From Dehalococcoidales bacterium (GTDB lineage: Bacteria > Chloroflexota > Dehalococcoidia > Dehalococcoidales > RBG-16-60-22): a stretch of DNA of 64,000 bases. Location: positions 21,438-85,437 of the forward strand of contig JBEKDL010000004.1 in NCBI GenBank assembly GCA_050014355.1. The letters run 5' to 3'. Under the pieces are notes generated by a model. The model did no database searches, was not told the DNA's origin, and worked only from the letters and a program-made list of their open reading frames with translations. Position 1 is the first letter of the stretch, and the number at the start of each line of letters is the position of its first letter. Below are positions 1 through 10,731 of the stretch, one piece after another. Position numbers and translations under genes: made by a program.

Positions 1-15
1 CCTGCGCCTCCTAGC

Positions 16-1782
16 TTGCCCGTTATTGACCTCCCGTCTTCTATCAGCGTCAGGCAGCTGGCTGACATGCTGCAGGTAGACTCCGTTCTCGTCATCAAGC
101 AGCTGATGCGCAACGGCATCATGGCCAATATCAACCAGATTGTCGATTATGAGACTGCGGCGAACATCGTGTCCGGTTTCGGCTTTAAAGCGCATTTCAA
201 ACCGCTGAAAGAGCAGCAGGCGGCCACCGCCGTCCAAGAGAGCAAGAGACTCAAGCGGCACTATGGCAAAGAAGCCGGTGATTTACAGCCGCGTCCGCCG
301 GTCGTGACGGTCATGGGGCATGTCGACCACGGCAAGACCAAGCTCCTCGACGCTATCAGGAAGACCAACGTAGTGGACTCGGAGGCCGGAGGCATTACCC
401 AGCACATCGGCGCTTACCAGGTGACCATCGACGGTCATAAAATTACTTTTCTGGATACGCCCGGCCATGAGGCGTTCACCGCCATGCGCGCCCACGGCGC
501 TAACATTACCGATATCACCATCCTGGTAGTAGCCGCCGATGATGGGGTCATGCCGCAAACACTTGAAGCAATTAACCACGCTCGCGCTGCCGAAGTGCCT
601 ATCGTCGTGGCGATTAACAAAATCGATAAGGAAAATGCCAACCCGAACCTGGTCAAACAGCAGCTGGCCGAAGCCGGCCTGGTGGTCGAGGAGTGGGGAG
701 GCAAGGTTGTCAGCGTGGAAGTCTCCGCCAAGGAGAAGAAAGGCATCAAGGAACTCCTGGAAAGCCTGCTCCTGGTGGCGGAAATGGAAGAACTGAAAGC
801 GGACCCGACCCTGCCCGCCGCCGGCGTTGTCATCGAGGCGGAAATGGACAAGACCATGGGGCCGCTGGCCACCCTGCTGATTCAGTCCGGGACACTTAAA
901 GAGGGCGATACCATCGTTATCGGCGATACGTGGGGCCGGGTGAGGGCGATGTTCAACGACATGGCCAAACGCATCAAAAAAGCGGAGCCTTCCACCCCCG
1001 TGGAAATCCTCGGTTTGAACAGCGTGCCTGAGGTGGGGGACACTTTAACGGCCGTGGCCGATGAGCACCATGCCCAGGCCCTGCTTGCCCGGAACCGCGC
1101 CGCTAAAGAAAAGGAGGCCGCCCGGGCCAAGGCCATCAACCTTAACAACCTTTACGACCAGATAAGCGCCGGTAAAGTCAAAGAGCTTAATGTCATCCTC
1201 AAGACCGATGTCCAGGGCAGCATCGAGCCGATTAAAACTTCGCTGGAGCAGCTGGGGACAGACGAGGTCAAGGTCAGGGTCATTCACAGCGCCGCTGGCA
1301 GCGTCACTGATAGCGATGTCATGCTGGCCGCCGCCTCCAACGGGCTCATCATCGGTTTCAACGTCACCGCCCAGGAAGGTGCCAAACGGATGGCCGTGAC
1401 CAGCGGCGTGGACATCCGCTTTTACAACATCATCTATACCCTTACCGATGATGTCGCTAAGGCCCTCAAAGGCATGCTGGAACCTGTCTACGTCGAGGTT
1501 ATCGACGGGCGGGCGGAAATAAGGGCAATCTTCCCGGCCAGCAAAGGGATAAAAATAGCCGGCGTCCTTGTCAATGAAGGTAAAATAACGCGTAACGCCA
1601 AGGTCAGGGTGCGCCGTGGGAAAGAAATTATCGCCGACTCAACGGTAGCCAGCCTGAAACGCTTTAAGGACGACGTTAAAGAAGTGGCGGCCGGTTTCGA
1701 GTGCGGCATCGGTATTCAGGACGTCAACGATTTCCGCATCGGCGATATCCTGGAATTTTATAGAATAGAAAAATCAGGATAA
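16..1782 (+). CDS. infB: translation initiation factor IF-2 (5' end may lie beyond the window edge)
   Basis: GTPase motifs [13 protein letters not shown] and NKID are present, with IF2-type C-terminal domains. The reading frame stays open back to position 1, and the TTG at 16 is only the first possible start. Confidence 0.93.
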   Translation: MPVIDLPSSISVRQLADMLQVDSVLVIKQLMRNGIMANINQIVDYETAANIVSGFGFKAHFKPLKEQQAATAVQESKRLKRHYGKEAGDLQPRPPVVTVMGHVDHGKTKLLDAIRKTNVVDSEAGGITQHIGAYQVTIDGHKITFLDTPGHEAFTAMRAHGANITDITILVVAADDGVMPQTLEAINHARAAEVPIVVAINKIDKENANPNLVKQQLAEAGLVVEEWGGKVVSVEVSAKEKKGIKELLESLLLVAEMEELKADPTLPAAGVVIEAEMDKTMGPLATLLIQSGTLKEGDTIVIGDTWGRVRAMFNDMAKRIKKAEPSTPVEILGLNSVPEVGDTLTAVADEHHAQALLARNRAAKEKEAARAKAINLNNLYDQISAGKVKELNVILKTDVQGSIEPIKTSLEQLGTDEVKVRVIHSAAGSVTDSDVMLAAASNGLIIGFNVTAQEGAKRMAVTSGVDIRFYNIIYTLTDDVAKALKGMLEPVYVEVIDGRAEIRAIFPASKGIKIAGVLVNEGKITRNAKVRVRRGKEIIADSTVASLKRFKDDVKEVAAGFECGIGIQDVNDFRIGDILEFYRIEKSG

Positions 1783-1803
1783 CGGCCTTACACGGGCCCG
1801 TAT

Positions 1804-2157
1804 ATGTCATATCGTATCGAGCGCGTCAATACACTTATGCAGCGGGAAATCAGTGAGCTGATCCAGCGCCAGCTTAGAGACCCGCGACTGGATGAGTTTA
1901 TTTCCGTGACCGAGGTCAGCGTTTCCCCCGACCTTAGGTTCGCTCAAGTCTATATCAGCAGCATGGGCGGCCAGCAAAAGGAGCACCAGATATTGGCTGC
2001 GCTTAACTCGGCATCCGGTTTCCTGCGCTCGGAGCTGGCTAAAAACGTGAGATTGCGCCGTATGCCGGAGCTGCACTTTCACTGGGACAACTCCATCGAA
2101 AAGGGCGACCGCGTGCTGCGGCTCATTGATGAAGTGACGCACCAGGAAAATCCTTAA
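1804..2157 (+). CDS. rbfA: ribosome-binding factor A
   Basis: The 117-aa size, its position directly after infB and an RbfA-like sequence (RLRRMPELHFHWD) support the call. Confidence 0.9.
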   Translation: MSYRIERVNTLMQREISELIQRQLRDPRLDEFISVTEVSVSPDLRFAQVYISSMGGQQKEHQILAALNSASGFLRSELAKNVRLRRMPELHFHWDNSIEKGDRVLRLIDEVTHQENP

Positions 2158-2191
2158 TTATTTTTATACCCTCCGGTCAAAGGAGCCGCGC

Positions 2192-3370
2192 ATGAAATTT
2201 TCGCCGCTGTTATATAAAATCCCGGATTACCCTTTCCGCAAAGTCGGCAGGATTTCCCGGGAGGCCGAACAGCGTAATGGGGTGCGCGTTATCAACGCCC
2301 GTATCGGTATCCCCGATGTCGAAGCCCCGAAAGCTATCAAGGAAGCCCTGGCGAAGTATGTCCTCGCGGATAAGTCCACTTTCGGCTACCCCTGCGATGT
2401 GCATCCGGAACGCGGTATCCCTGAACTCATCGAGGCCATTATCGAAGACTATCGCGTGAAACACGCCGTTAACCTCCGCCCGGAAAATATCATGGTCACC
2501 AGCTGGGCTAAAGAAGTACTGTACGATATGGCCTACCTGTTTGAGCCGGGAACGGTATTTATCCCCGACCCCGTTTATCCCGTTTATGAAGCCGCGACGG
2601 TGCTCTCCAATCACCGGCCGGTAAGAGTGGCGACCTCGTCGGCCACCGGCTGGCTGCCCGAATTTAATTTCTCCAAAAAAAGCGAAAAACCCGTGGCGTT
2701 TTATTTTTGCGACCCCAATAACCCCACCGGCGCGGTGGCCGGGCACGATTATTATGTCAATCTATTGAAAAAGATGAAAGAGTCCGATGTCACGGGCATT
2801 TTCGATAAAGCCTACAAGGACTATGTTTTCGATATTAAAACAAAGCCATTTTCCATCACCCAGATTCCCGAAATCATGGAACGCGGGTACGAGATTGTTT
2901 CCCTCTCCAAGCACTACAACTTCGTCGGCATCGGGCTGGCCTGGATTGTCAGCAGCGAAGCCAACATCGACCGGTGGCTTAAGGCCTCCAGCCAGCACCG
3001 CCAGGGCGTGGAATGGTACAAACAGAAAGCCGGCGTAGAGGCTTTGAAAAATCCGGCAGTCAAGGCGGAAATGCACGCCTACTTTAAAGAGCTTAAGGAG
3101 AGAAGGGACATTTTCGTCAGGGGACTGCAGGAGCTGGGGCTGACGGTGGCCGTGTCTGAAGCCACGCCGTACCTCTGGATACAGGCCCCGGACGGCTTCG
3201 ATGATGAAGACTTCGTGCTGAATACTTTGATAAACAAAGCGCACGTGGCCTTTATGCCGGGTTCATACTTCGGGGCCAGCGGTAAAGGCTATATGCGGGC
3301 GACCCTGTTCCTCTCCCGGAGTGAAATCGAAGAAGCGCTGGAGCGCATACGGAAAGTAAAAACGTGGTGA
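2192..3370 (+). CDS. PLP-dependent aminotransferase, class I/II
   Basis: It has the DPNNPTG motif and the SLSKHYN PLP-lysine motif typical of class I aminotransferases. The substrate cannot be assigned from sequence. Confidence 0.8.
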   Translation: MKFSPLLYKIPDYPFRKVGRISREAEQRNGVRVINARIGIPDVEAPKAIKEALAKYVLADKSTFGYPCDVHPERGIPELIEAIIEDYRVKHAVNLRPENIMVTSWAKEVLYDMAYLFEPGTVFIPDPVYPVYEAATVLSNHRPVRVATSSATGWLPEFNFSKKSEKPVAFYFCDPNNPTGAVAGHDYYVNLLKKMKESDVTGIFDKAYKDYVFDIKTKPFSITQIPEIMERGYEIVSLSKHYNFVGIGLAWIVSSEANIDRWLKASSQHRQGVEWYKQKAGVEALKNPAVKAEMHAYFKELKERRDIFVRGLQELGLTVAVSEATPYLWIQAPDGFDDEDFVLNTLINKAHVAFMPGSYFGASGKGYMRATLFLSRSEIEEALERIRKVKTW

Positions 3371-3403
3371 AATCACAGCGATGATAGAGCGGCGGATGAG
3401 GAC

Positions 3404-4297
3404 TTGGACGGCATACTGAACATTGATAAGCCCGCGGGCAACACATCCTACGGCGTTATCGCCAGGATAAAGCGCCTCACTGGCGAGAAGCGCGTGGGAC
3501 ACGCCGGCACGCTCGACCCTGACGCCACAGGAGTCCTCCCCGTCTGCCTCGGCAAGGCCACGCGCGTTGTCCAGTACCTGACCGACGCCACTAAAACCTA
3601 CCTGGCCGTTATCGAGCTGGGGACTGCCACCGATACTTACGACGCCGCCGGGAATATTATCCAGCGCGGCGACCCTTCAGGCATCGACCGCAATCGCCTG
3701 GAGTCAGCCCTTAACCGGTTCAGGGGCACCATTTCCCAGACCCCTCCCATGTACAGCGCCCTGAAGCACCAGGGGCAGCCCCTCTATAAGCTGGCGCGCG
3801 CCGGCATCAGCGTGGAGCGTAAAAGCCGCACGGTCACCATTCACCAACTGGTAATAACCGACTGGCAACCCCCGATTATCACTTTAAAAATCGAATGCAG
3901 CAAGGGTACTTATATCCGTTCGCTAGCTCACGACCTCGGGCAGGCGCTCGGCTGCGGCGCTTACCTTAAAAACCTCAAGCGAACAAGGTGCGGGATTTTC
4001 GATATCAAAGAAGCTATCTCATTATCGCGACTGGAAGAAGCCTGCCGCGATGGCAATCTGGAGAACTTTTTGCTCCCCATCGATTATGCTCTCCGGGACT
4101 TCCGCGCCGTGGTTATCGATGAGGCGGCGGAAAAAGCCATGAAGCAGGGCAACACCCTGGCGCTAAAGCAAGTTGATATGAAGTCCAATACGAAAGTGTG
4201 TCTCTGCCGCGCTTATGCGCCAGACGGGCGTTTCCTGGGTCTGCTCCGTTATATTCCCGATAGCGGCCGGTGGCAGCCGGAAAAGGTGCTTGTTTAG
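3404..4297 (+). CDS. truB: tRNA pseudouridine(55) synthase
   Basis: It has the N-terminal ILNIDKPAGNTS and the catalytic-Asp motif GHAGTLDPDATGVLPV. The start is TTG, with GAGGA upstream. Confidence 0.92.
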   Translation: MDGILNIDKPAGNTSYGVIARIKRLTGEKRVGHAGTLDPDATGVLPVCLGKATRVVQYLTDATKTYLAVIELGTATDTYDAAGNIIQRGDPSGIDRNRLESALNRFRGTISQTPPMYSALKHQGQPLYKLARAGISVERKSRTVTIHQLVITDWQPPIITLKIECSKGTYIRSLAHDLGQALGCGAYLKNLKRTRCGIFDIKEAISLSRLEEACRDGNLENFLLPIDYALRDFRAVVIDEAAEKAMKQGNTLALKQVDMKSNTKVCLCRAYAPDGRFLGLLRYIPDSGRWQPEKVLV

Positions 4298-4382
4298 GGC
4301 GCTTTAAGCCAACCTTTTACGTCCGTCTGCGTTGTACTATAATAGAAGATATTGTTAATTTGTTAATTTAGAGGGGGTAAAT

Positions 4383-4601
4383 ATGGCGGGAAAAATAGAA
4401 GCTAAACACGATATTTTCAGCAAACCTCTTCCGGAGCTCCTGGATGAGCTTGATAAAGCGGCCGCCGACGCGCGTAAAGCCGCGGACGAAGCGAGAGCCG
4501 CCGGCGAAAGGGCCGCCAATGATGTCATGAAAAAGCTGCGGAAGCTGTTCATGGCTATGGCCAAAGATATCACCGAAGAGCTCGGCGATAACAAGAAATA
4601 G
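4383..4601 (+). CDS. hypothetical small coiled-coil protein (72 aa)
   Basis: A strong RBS (GAGGGGG) lies 6 nt upstream and TATAAT lies at about 4337-4342. The sequence is Ala/Lys/Glu-rich and helical, and I recognise no family. Confidence 0.55.
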   Translation: MAGKIEAKHDIFSKPLPELLDELDKAAADARKAADEARAAGERAANDVMKKLRKLFMAMAKDITEELGDNKK

Positions 4602-4614
4602 CCGGTGGGTCCGC

Positions 4615-5139
4615 CTACCTGACAGCCGAAAAATTATATAATTTGCCTTTCCGGGATAAGCGGAAAAGTCCCGCGCCGGTAATTCTTGATATGATGTCTT
4701 GTTCCTCCAGGTGATGGTCGGAGACCGATAAAATCCCGTCCGGTTTCAGTACACGGCGCAATTCCGCCAGGACCGCACCCGGATTTTTCAGGTGGTGGAG
4801 GACGTCGTAAAGTAAAGCCACATCGATACTGCCGTCCGGCAGGCCCGTGGCGCCATCGGACAGGACTGTTTCAACGTTGAGCTTGTGCCTGGCCGCCAGC
4901 GATTTCACGGTCAATATCGCCGCCGGATTGACATCCAGAGCATAAATTTTCCCTGACGCGCCTATCAATTTAGCTACCGGCAGGATATAGCCGCCGGGCC
5001 CGCAGCCGAAGTCCAGCACCTGAAATCCCGGCCGGATGCCCACTTCCTTTAAAATCTTGCCGCGCGGCCGGAAAAAATCACGTAATTTGAACTGGAAAGA
5101 CATAAGTTTAAAGCTAAATCCGGACTGCGGTCTTTCCAT
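4615..5139 (-). CDS. class I SAM-dependent methyltransferase
   Basis: Motif I is VLDFGCGPGGY, with an LDV acidic motif downstream. Confidence 0.8.
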   Translation of the reverse strand: MERPQSGFSFKLMSFQFKLRDFFRPRGKILKEVGIRPGFQVLDFGCGPGGYILPVAKLIGASGKIYALDVNPAAILTVKSLAARHKLNVETVLSDGATGLPDGSIDVALLYDVLHHLKNPGAVLAELRRVLKPDGILSVSDHHLEEQDIISRITGAGLFRLSRKGKLYNFSAVR

Positions 5140-5156
5140 GATAAGTCCTCCCTTTA

Positions 5157-8100
5157 CTAAACGGCTTCTTCCACCTTGAAACCATCTTCGCCCACCAGCC
5201 CGGCCAGCTGTTTTTTCAGCTCCGGGCCATAATTAGTCTGTACGTTGGGCAGCTTCAGGGGGATAGGGGCGCCGCCGTTCAGGACGTTCAACTGGACTTC
5301 ATCACGGCCGGGACAGGTTTTTAGCGCGGCGATGATTTTTTCAAAGCGGACGATGTCCCCCTCTTTATCCGCCGTTTGCGTGATGTTAATTATCAGACGA
5401 TTTCTTTTTGCGGGCCCTTTTCCTGTCTGCGCGGAAGGCTCCGGCGCTCTAGGCGCGGGCGAGGGAACCGTCCCCTTTTCTTCCTCCGGCGGTTGGTAGA
5501 GGCGCACGTTATCGCAGCTTATCTGCGCCTGCTCGTCCCGCACCCTGACCTTGCCCTGCACCACGATTTCGTTGCCTTCCTGCCACAGCTCTTCCGTCTC
5601 GGAATAGACCTTGGGCCAGACCATGACCTCGATTTGCCCGCTGAAATCCTCCAGGACGGCGCTGGCGAAAGACCGTCCGTCCTTGGTGAGCAGATAGCGC
5701 GCCGAGATAATCCGGCCGGCCATGACCACGGCCTGTCCGTCCAGCTCTTCATCAACCTCATCGATAAATTTGGTGTCCGGGTTCTTCCCGCTGAACACCG
5801 GGCTAAACGGTTTCTCGGAAAAGCTCACCCCCATCAGCTCCTTTTCCCAGAACGCTTTTTCCCGGTCAGAGGTATCGGCCGGGGACATCTCCAGCTGCGG
5901 CAAAGGCACCGGAGCTGTATCTCCGAAAAGGTCGAACATGGTGGACTGCCCTGTCTCGCGTAATTTCTGCTCCCTCTGCGCCAGCGAAAGTATGTGCTCG
6001 ACACTGTTGAGCAGCGTCCCGCGCTTCCCCAGCGTATCCATGACGCCCGCCTTTATGAGGCTCTCCATAACGCGCCGGTTGACGGCGCGGAGGTCGCAGC
6101 GTCGGCACAGGTCTTCAATCGATTTGAATGTTCCGTTCTTAATGCGCTCGGCGATAACCGGCTCGATAGCGCCGGTGCCGACGTTCTTGATTGCCCCCAG
6201 CGCATAGCGGATGGACGGACTTCCATCGCTATCTTCGATAGAGAACTCTATCTGGCTGCGGTTGATATCCGGCGGCAGGACGGTGATGTCGAGGCGGCGG
6301 CACTCGGCGACCGCACTGGCGATTTTCTCCAGCTCCCCGGCATGGATGGTCAGGAAAGCGGTGATGTACGCCGCGGGGTAGTTCGCTTTCAGATAGGCGG
6401 TCTGGTAGGCGATGAGGGCATAGCTGAAGGCGTGCGCCTTGTTAAAAGCGTAACCGGCGAACGGCTCGATGAGCGAGAAGACTGCCTCGGCGACCTCGGC
6501 AGTGAACTCTTTTTTCTTCGCGCCTGCCATGAAGCTGCGCTTTTCCTTCTTCACCACCTCGGGAATCTTCTTGCCCATGGCCTTGCGGAAAATATCCGCC
6601 TGCCCGAGGCTGTAACCGGCCAGCGCCTGGACGATGTAGAGCACCTGCTCCTGGTAAACGATGACGCCGTAGGTCTCTTTGAGGATGCTCTCCAGCGCCA
6701 GGTGAGGGTACACTATGGGTTTGAGGCCGTGCTTGGCCGCGATGAAGGTAGGGACATGTTCCATGGGGCCGGGGCGGTAAAGCGCCACCATGGCCGCGAT
6801 ATCGCCGAAGTTAGTGGGTTTAAGCTCCTTGATGTAGCGGCGCATGCCGCCGCCTTCCAGCTGGAAGACGCCCGCCGTTTCCCCGGAAGAAAGCAGGCGG
6901 AAGGTTTTAGCATCATCCATCGGTAATTTGTACAGGTCGATGTCGAGGCCGTGCTTTTGCTGTATTATCTCTTTCGCTTTACCCAGGATGGTCAGGTTGG
7001 CCAGCCCGAGGAAGTCCATTTTCAACAGGCCGATGCGGGCGATATCGTTCATAGAAAACTGGGTCATCACGGCTTCTGCACTGTCTACCCTGGCGCCGCG
7101 CTGCAGGGAGACATATTTCGTCAGCGGTTCTTTAGAAATGACGACGCCGGCGGCGTGAGTGCTGGCGTGGCGCGATATGCCTTCCACCCGCCGCGCCGAA
7201 TTTACCAGGTTGCGCACGATTTCATCGCTCTGGTAGATGTTCTTCAGCTCCTGGTTCTCGTCCATGGCCCGCGCCAGTGTCATGTTGGGCATGCCGGGCA
7301 CCAGCCTGGCCACGCGGTCAACGTCACCGTAGGGCATGCCGAGGGCCCTACCAACGTCCCGGATAGCCGCCCGGGCGCCCAGCGTACCGAAAGTGATTAT
7401 CTGCGCCACGTGGTCCTGGCCGTATTTCTGGGAGACATAGGCAATCACTTCATCGCGGCGGTCATCCTGGAAGTCCATGTCCACATCGGGCATTTCCTTG
7501 CGCTCGATATTCAGAAAGCGCTCGAAAATCATGCCGTGTTCGAGGGGGTCGAGGGGGGTTATGCCGAGGCAGTGCAGAACGATGCTCGAAGCGGCGCTGC
7601 CCCTGACGCCATAGAGAATGTTCTGTTTTTTAGTGAACGAGATAATGTCCCACACGACCAGAATGTAGTTGGCGAACTGGGTAGTTTTGATGACGTCCAG
7701 TTCGTATTCCAGGCGCCTGGTTATCTCCGGGGTAGGGTCGGGATAATACTGTTTCAGGTTCTGGTAACAAAGCTCCGAAAGGTACTGGTCGGGCGTCTTA
7801 TTCGCGGGTATTCCTATTTCCGGCAGGTGCAGCCGCCCGAACTCTAAATCGAGATTGCATTTCTCCGCGATTTTTTCGGTGTTTTCCAGCGCCTCGGGGA
7901 TATCCTGGTAAAGCTCCGCCATCTCCTGCGGGCTCTTCAGGTAAAAGAAATCTCCCGGCATTTTCATGCGCTTCTCATCATGGACGGTAGTGTTGGTGCC
8001 GATGCACAGCAGCAAATCGTGGGCGGAGGCGTCTTCGCGGTTGACGTAATGGGTATCGTTGGTAGCCACCAGCGGGATATCCAGCTCGCGGCTCATCTGA

Positions 8101-8657
8101 ATCAGCGAGTTGTTGACGATTTCCGCCTCCGGCACGGGATGCCGCATCACTTCCAGGTAAAAATCGCCGAAGGTCCGCTGGTACCAGAGCGCCGCCTGCC
8201 TGGCCTCATCATAGCGCCGCCCGAGGATGAGGTACTGGACTTCCCCGGAAAAGCAGGCGCTTAGCGCGATGAGTCCTTCTTTATATTGCGCCAATAGCTC
8301 TTTATCCACCCTCGGACGGTAGTAAAAACCTTCGAGGTGGGCTCTGGTGGTAAGCTGGATGAGGTTCTGGTAGCCGATATTGTTTTTGGCCAGCAATATC
8401 AGGTGGTAGTTGCTTTTATCGCCGGCATTGCGACTCTGGTGGCCGCCCGGGGCGATATAAATCTCGCAGCCGATGATAGGCTTTAGACCGGCTTCTTTGG
8501 CCGCCTGGTAAAACTCGATAACGCCGTACATGACGCCGTGGTCGGTAATGGCCAGGCTCTGCATGCCCAGTTCCTTCGCTTTGGCCACGAGCTGCGGGAT
8601 GCGGCACATCCCATCGAGCAGGCTGTATTCGGTATGGACGTGGAGGTGGGTAAACAT
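5157..8657 (-). CDS. dnaE: DNA polymerase III alpha subunit
   Basis: The PHP-domain start MFTHLHVHTEYSLLDG, the polymerase core and the OB-fold C-terminus are all present. I place the start at the second Met (8657) because the 21-codon upstream extension is not DnaE-like and contains the promoter. Confidence 0.95.
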   Translation of the reverse strand: MFTHLHVHTEYSLLDGMCRIPQLVAKAKELGMQSLAITDHGVMYGVIEFYQAAKEAGLKPIIGCEIYIAPGGHQSRNAGDKSNYHLILLAKNNIGYQNLIQLTTRAHLEGFYYRPRVDKELLAQYKEGLIALSACFSGEVQYLILGRRYDEARQAALWYQRTFGDFYLEVMRHPVPEAEIVNNSLIQMSRELDIPLVATNDTHYVNREDASAHDLLLCIGTNTTVHDEKRMKMPGDFFYLKSPQEMAELYQDIPEALENTEKIAEKCNLDLEFGRLHLPEIGIPANKTPDQYLSELCYQNLKQYYPDPTPEITRRLEYELDVIKTTQFANYILVVWDIISFTKKQNILYGVRGSAASSIVLHCLGITPLDPLEHGMIFERFLNIERKEMPDVDMDFQDDRRDEVIAYVSQKYGQDHVAQIITFGTLGARAAIRDVGRALGMPYGDVDRVARLVPGMPNMTLARAMDENQELKNIYQSDEIVRNLVNSARRVEGISRHASTHAAGVVISKEPLTKYVSLQRGARVDSAEAVMTQFSMNDIARIGLLKMDFLGLANLTILGKAKEIIQQKHGLDIDLYKLPMDDAKTFRLLSSGETAGVFQLEGGGMRRYIKELKPTNFGDIAAMVALYRPGPMEHVPTFIAAKHGLKPIVYPHLALESILKETYGVIVYQEQVLYIVQALAGYSLGQADIFRKAMGKKIPEVVKKEKRSFMAGAKKKEFTAEVAEAVFSLIEPFAGYAFNKAHAFSYALIAYQTAYLKANYPAAYITAFLTIHAGELEKIASAVAECRRLDITVLPPDINRSQIEFSIEDSDGSPSIRYALGAIKNVGTGAIEPVIAERIKNGTFKSIEDLCRRCDLRAVNRRVMESLIKAGVMDTLGKRGTLLNSVEHILSLAQREQKLRETGQSTMFDLFGDTAPVPLPQLEMSPADTSDREKAFWEKELMGVSFSEKPFSPVFSGKNPDTKFIDEVDEELDGQAVVMAGRIISARYLLTKDGRSFASAVLEDFSGQIEVMVWPKVYSETEELWQEGNEIVVQGKVRVRDEQAQISCDNVRLYQPPEEEKGTVPSPAPRAPEPSAQTGKGPAKRNRLIINITQTADKEGDIVRFEKIIAALKTCPGRDEVQLNVLNGGAPIPLKLPNVQTNYGPELKKQLAGLVGEDGFKVEEAV

Positions 8658-8664
8658 CTGGATA

Positions 8665-8673
8665 ATTATAACA
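8665..8673 (-). promoter_or_regulatory. extended -10 promoter (TGTTATAAT) 7 nt upstream of the dnaE ATG
   Basis: The minus strand reads ...GGGCTTATGTTATAATTATCCAG-ATG, and no Shine-Dalgarno sequence lies between the hexamer and the ATG. Confidence 0.5.
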
Positions 8674-8741
8674 TAAGCCCGGTTGGCCAGAGTATTATTT
8701 TCGCCATCAATAATGTACAATTTAAATAGACCGGAATACCC

Positions 8742-9428
8742 ATGAACATCATCAAGACCGCAGCCTACTGGCTGTTTATCCTTTGCCTGCCAGTCCTGCT
8801 GATAACTACGAGCGTAAAAATCGCGGCCAACAGCTCGGAGCTGTACCGCTATGGTTTTAACAAATACGACATCAGCCAGGTAACGGGACTATCCCCGGCG
8901 GAACTGGATAAGGTCACAACCGGGCTGATATCGTATTTCAACTCAAACCAGGAATACATCGACCTGACGGTAATTAAAGACGGTAAACCATTCACGCTTT
9001 TTAACGAACGCGAGGCCGGCCATCTGAAGGACGTCAAAGGCCTGTTCCGGCTGGTCTGGTGGCTGCTGCTGGGCACCTTGATTTACTCCGTTATCTACGC
9101 CGCTCTGAACTATACTGTCTGGAAAGACCGGCGGCGGGTGGCGTGGGCGCTTATCGGCGGGAGCGGCCTGACTATCGCGCTGGTGATAGGCCTGGGTCTG
9201 ATGATTTCACTGAATTTCGACCAGTTCTTTTACGATTTCCACCTTATCAGTTTCGCCAACAACCTGTGGCAGCTCGACCCGTCTACGGACTATCTCATCA
9301 TGCTTTTCCCGCAGGGTTTCTGGTATGATGCGGCGCTTTTCTGCACCCTGGGCACCGCGGCGCTGGCGCTTTTCCTGGGAGGCACGGGCTGGTGGCGGTT
9401 GAGAAAAGAAAAACCGGTTAAAGTGTGA
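8742..9428 (+). CDS. integral membrane protein, TIGR01906/DUF1461-like
   Basis: It has an N-terminal TM segment, an extracytoplasmic segment with YRYGFNKY...EREAGHLKDVKGLF, and 3-4 further TM segments. The family was recalled from memory. Confidence 0.6.
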   Translation: MNIIKTAAYWLFILCLPVLLITTSVKIAANSSELYRYGFNKYDISQVTGLSPAELDKVTTGLISYFNSNQEYIDLTVIKDGKPFTLFNEREAGHLKDVKGLFRLVWWLLLGTLIYSVIYAALNYTVWKDRRRVAWALIGGSGLTIALVIGLGLMISLNFDQFFYDFHLISFANNLWQLDPSTDYLIMLFPQGFWYDAALFCTLGTAALALFLGGTGWWRLRKEKPVKV

Positions 9429-9443
9429 GGTATGAATCATCAC

Positions 9444-10529
9444 CTAAGCCTCGGCTGCTTTCTTCTTAAAAACGAACGAAATCACGATTAAGACCGCTCC
9501 GACCGCGAGCACCGCGATACTGAAAGCCAGCATTTTGCCGGTGACATCGCGATAGAGCGCATCAAGCCACGGCCCCAGGGAAGGTACTTTTTGCGGCAAC
9601 GCATTCAGAAGCGACTGGGCAGGATTGAAACTCCGCGCCGCCAAAACACCCGCCAGGTCCAGAGCCCCGAAGATAAACAGGTCAATCCCCAGCGCGCGGC
9701 TAGGTTCCTGCACATTGCGGTAAATCAGGAAAATACCCGCCGCCAGAAGCACCATTAAGACGATTAACCAGTAATAGGCGCTTTGGAAATAGCCGATATA
9801 TTTTCTGACCAGCAGCAGGTCGTCCATAGTATTCGCCGGAATGTTGGTCTGGTCGGCCACCAGATTATCCGGAATTTGCGCGGCATACTGGTTATAGTAA
9901 TAATCGAAATATGGCCTGACCAGCGTCTCCAGCAAGCCTGAAAGCGCCGGGGCGCTGCCCGTTGCGGTTATCTGCGCCTGGATTTGCTTAAGATATATAT
10001 CGACGTAAGATTTCAATTGCGCATCGGACATCAGGGCGAGGTCAGGCGTCAACAGGCTCCGGTACTGCTGAAAATTTTGAAAGATATAAGGTTCCAGCTG
10101 GGTCTGGATATTACCGCGCAGCCAGGAGGTGAGCTGCTTGCTCATTTCCTGCCACAGGCTGTTTTTGAGGTCGGCTTTTAAAGTGTTCAGCGGTATCTTG
10201 ATAGCGAGTTTATCAGTCTTGCCCAGGAAAAAGTTATAGCCGGAATCGATACTCTGGTCCGCCTGCGCTTTAAACCAGGGCTTCTGGTCGTCGATGGCGT
10301 TATAGACGGCGTCTTTTAAAAAGTATAGCTCGGCAGGCAAATAATCTTTTATCTGCTGGTCGGCGATGTCCCGCGCTACAGCCGAGATATCGATTCTATC
10401 CACCTGCTGCTTGACGAAACCGGGAGAAAGCAAGGTGCTGTTCAGCATAAAAGCCATACCGAAAATAGAAAGCGAAAGAAAAAGCAGAAAACCGAGGACG
10501 AATGCACCAAAGCCTTTTAAAAAGCCCAT
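9444..10529 (-). CDS. hypothetical membrane protein (N- and C-terminal TM segments around a large external domain)
   Basis: I chose the start at the second Met because GGAGG lies 7 nt upstream of it. The ORF track extends to 10568. Confidence 0.6.
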   Translation of the reverse strand: MGFLKGFGAFVLGFLLFLSLSIFGMAFMLNSTLLSPGFVKQQVDRIDISAVARDIADQQIKDYLPAELYFLKDAVYNAIDDQKPWFKAQADQSIDSGYNFFLGKTDKLAIKIPLNTLKADLKNSLWQEMSKQLTSWLRGNIQTQLEPYIFQNFQQYRSLLTPDLALMSDAQLKSYVDIYLKQIQAQITATGSAPALSGLLETLVRPYFDYYYNQYAAQIPDNLVADQTNIPANTMDDLLLVRKYIGYFQSAYYWLIVLMVLLAAGIFLIYRNVQEPSRALGIDLFIFGALDLAGVLAARSFNPAQSLLNALPQKVPSLGPWLDALYRDVTGKMLAFSIAVLAVGAVLIVISFVFKKKAAEA

Positions 10530-10641
10530 GCGGCAGCCTCCATCTAACTCTGGCCAATATTTTAACATACCAGCGAGGGTAATTTCATTCGCTTCGGGAG
10601 GTTGACTGTGAGATGGGTATCGAGTAGAATTACAATATCCT

Positions 10642-10715
10642 GGGCGGTTAGCTCAGCTGGTTAGAGCGCCGCGTTGACATCGCGGAGGTCAGTGGTTCAA
10701 GTCCGCTACCGCCCA
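10642..10715 (+). tRNA. tRNA-Val (anticodon GAC)
   Basis: A hand-folded cloverleaf fits: acceptor GGGCGGT/ACCGCCC, anticodon stem CCGCG/CGCGG with loop TTGACAT, and T-arm AGTGG-TTCAAGT-CCGCT. CCA is not encoded. Confidence 0.9.
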
Positions 10716-10731
10716 TTTTTAGATTAATTGA

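Noticed and set aside
4346-4358. A 13-nt identity, AAGATATTGTTAA, links the region upstream of ORF 4383 with the TCS promoter region at 49055-49067.
   Set aside because: Roughly tens of chance 13-mer matches are expected among all pairs of positions in 64 kb on both strands, and more in A+T-rich intergenic DNA. There is no supporting positional logic.
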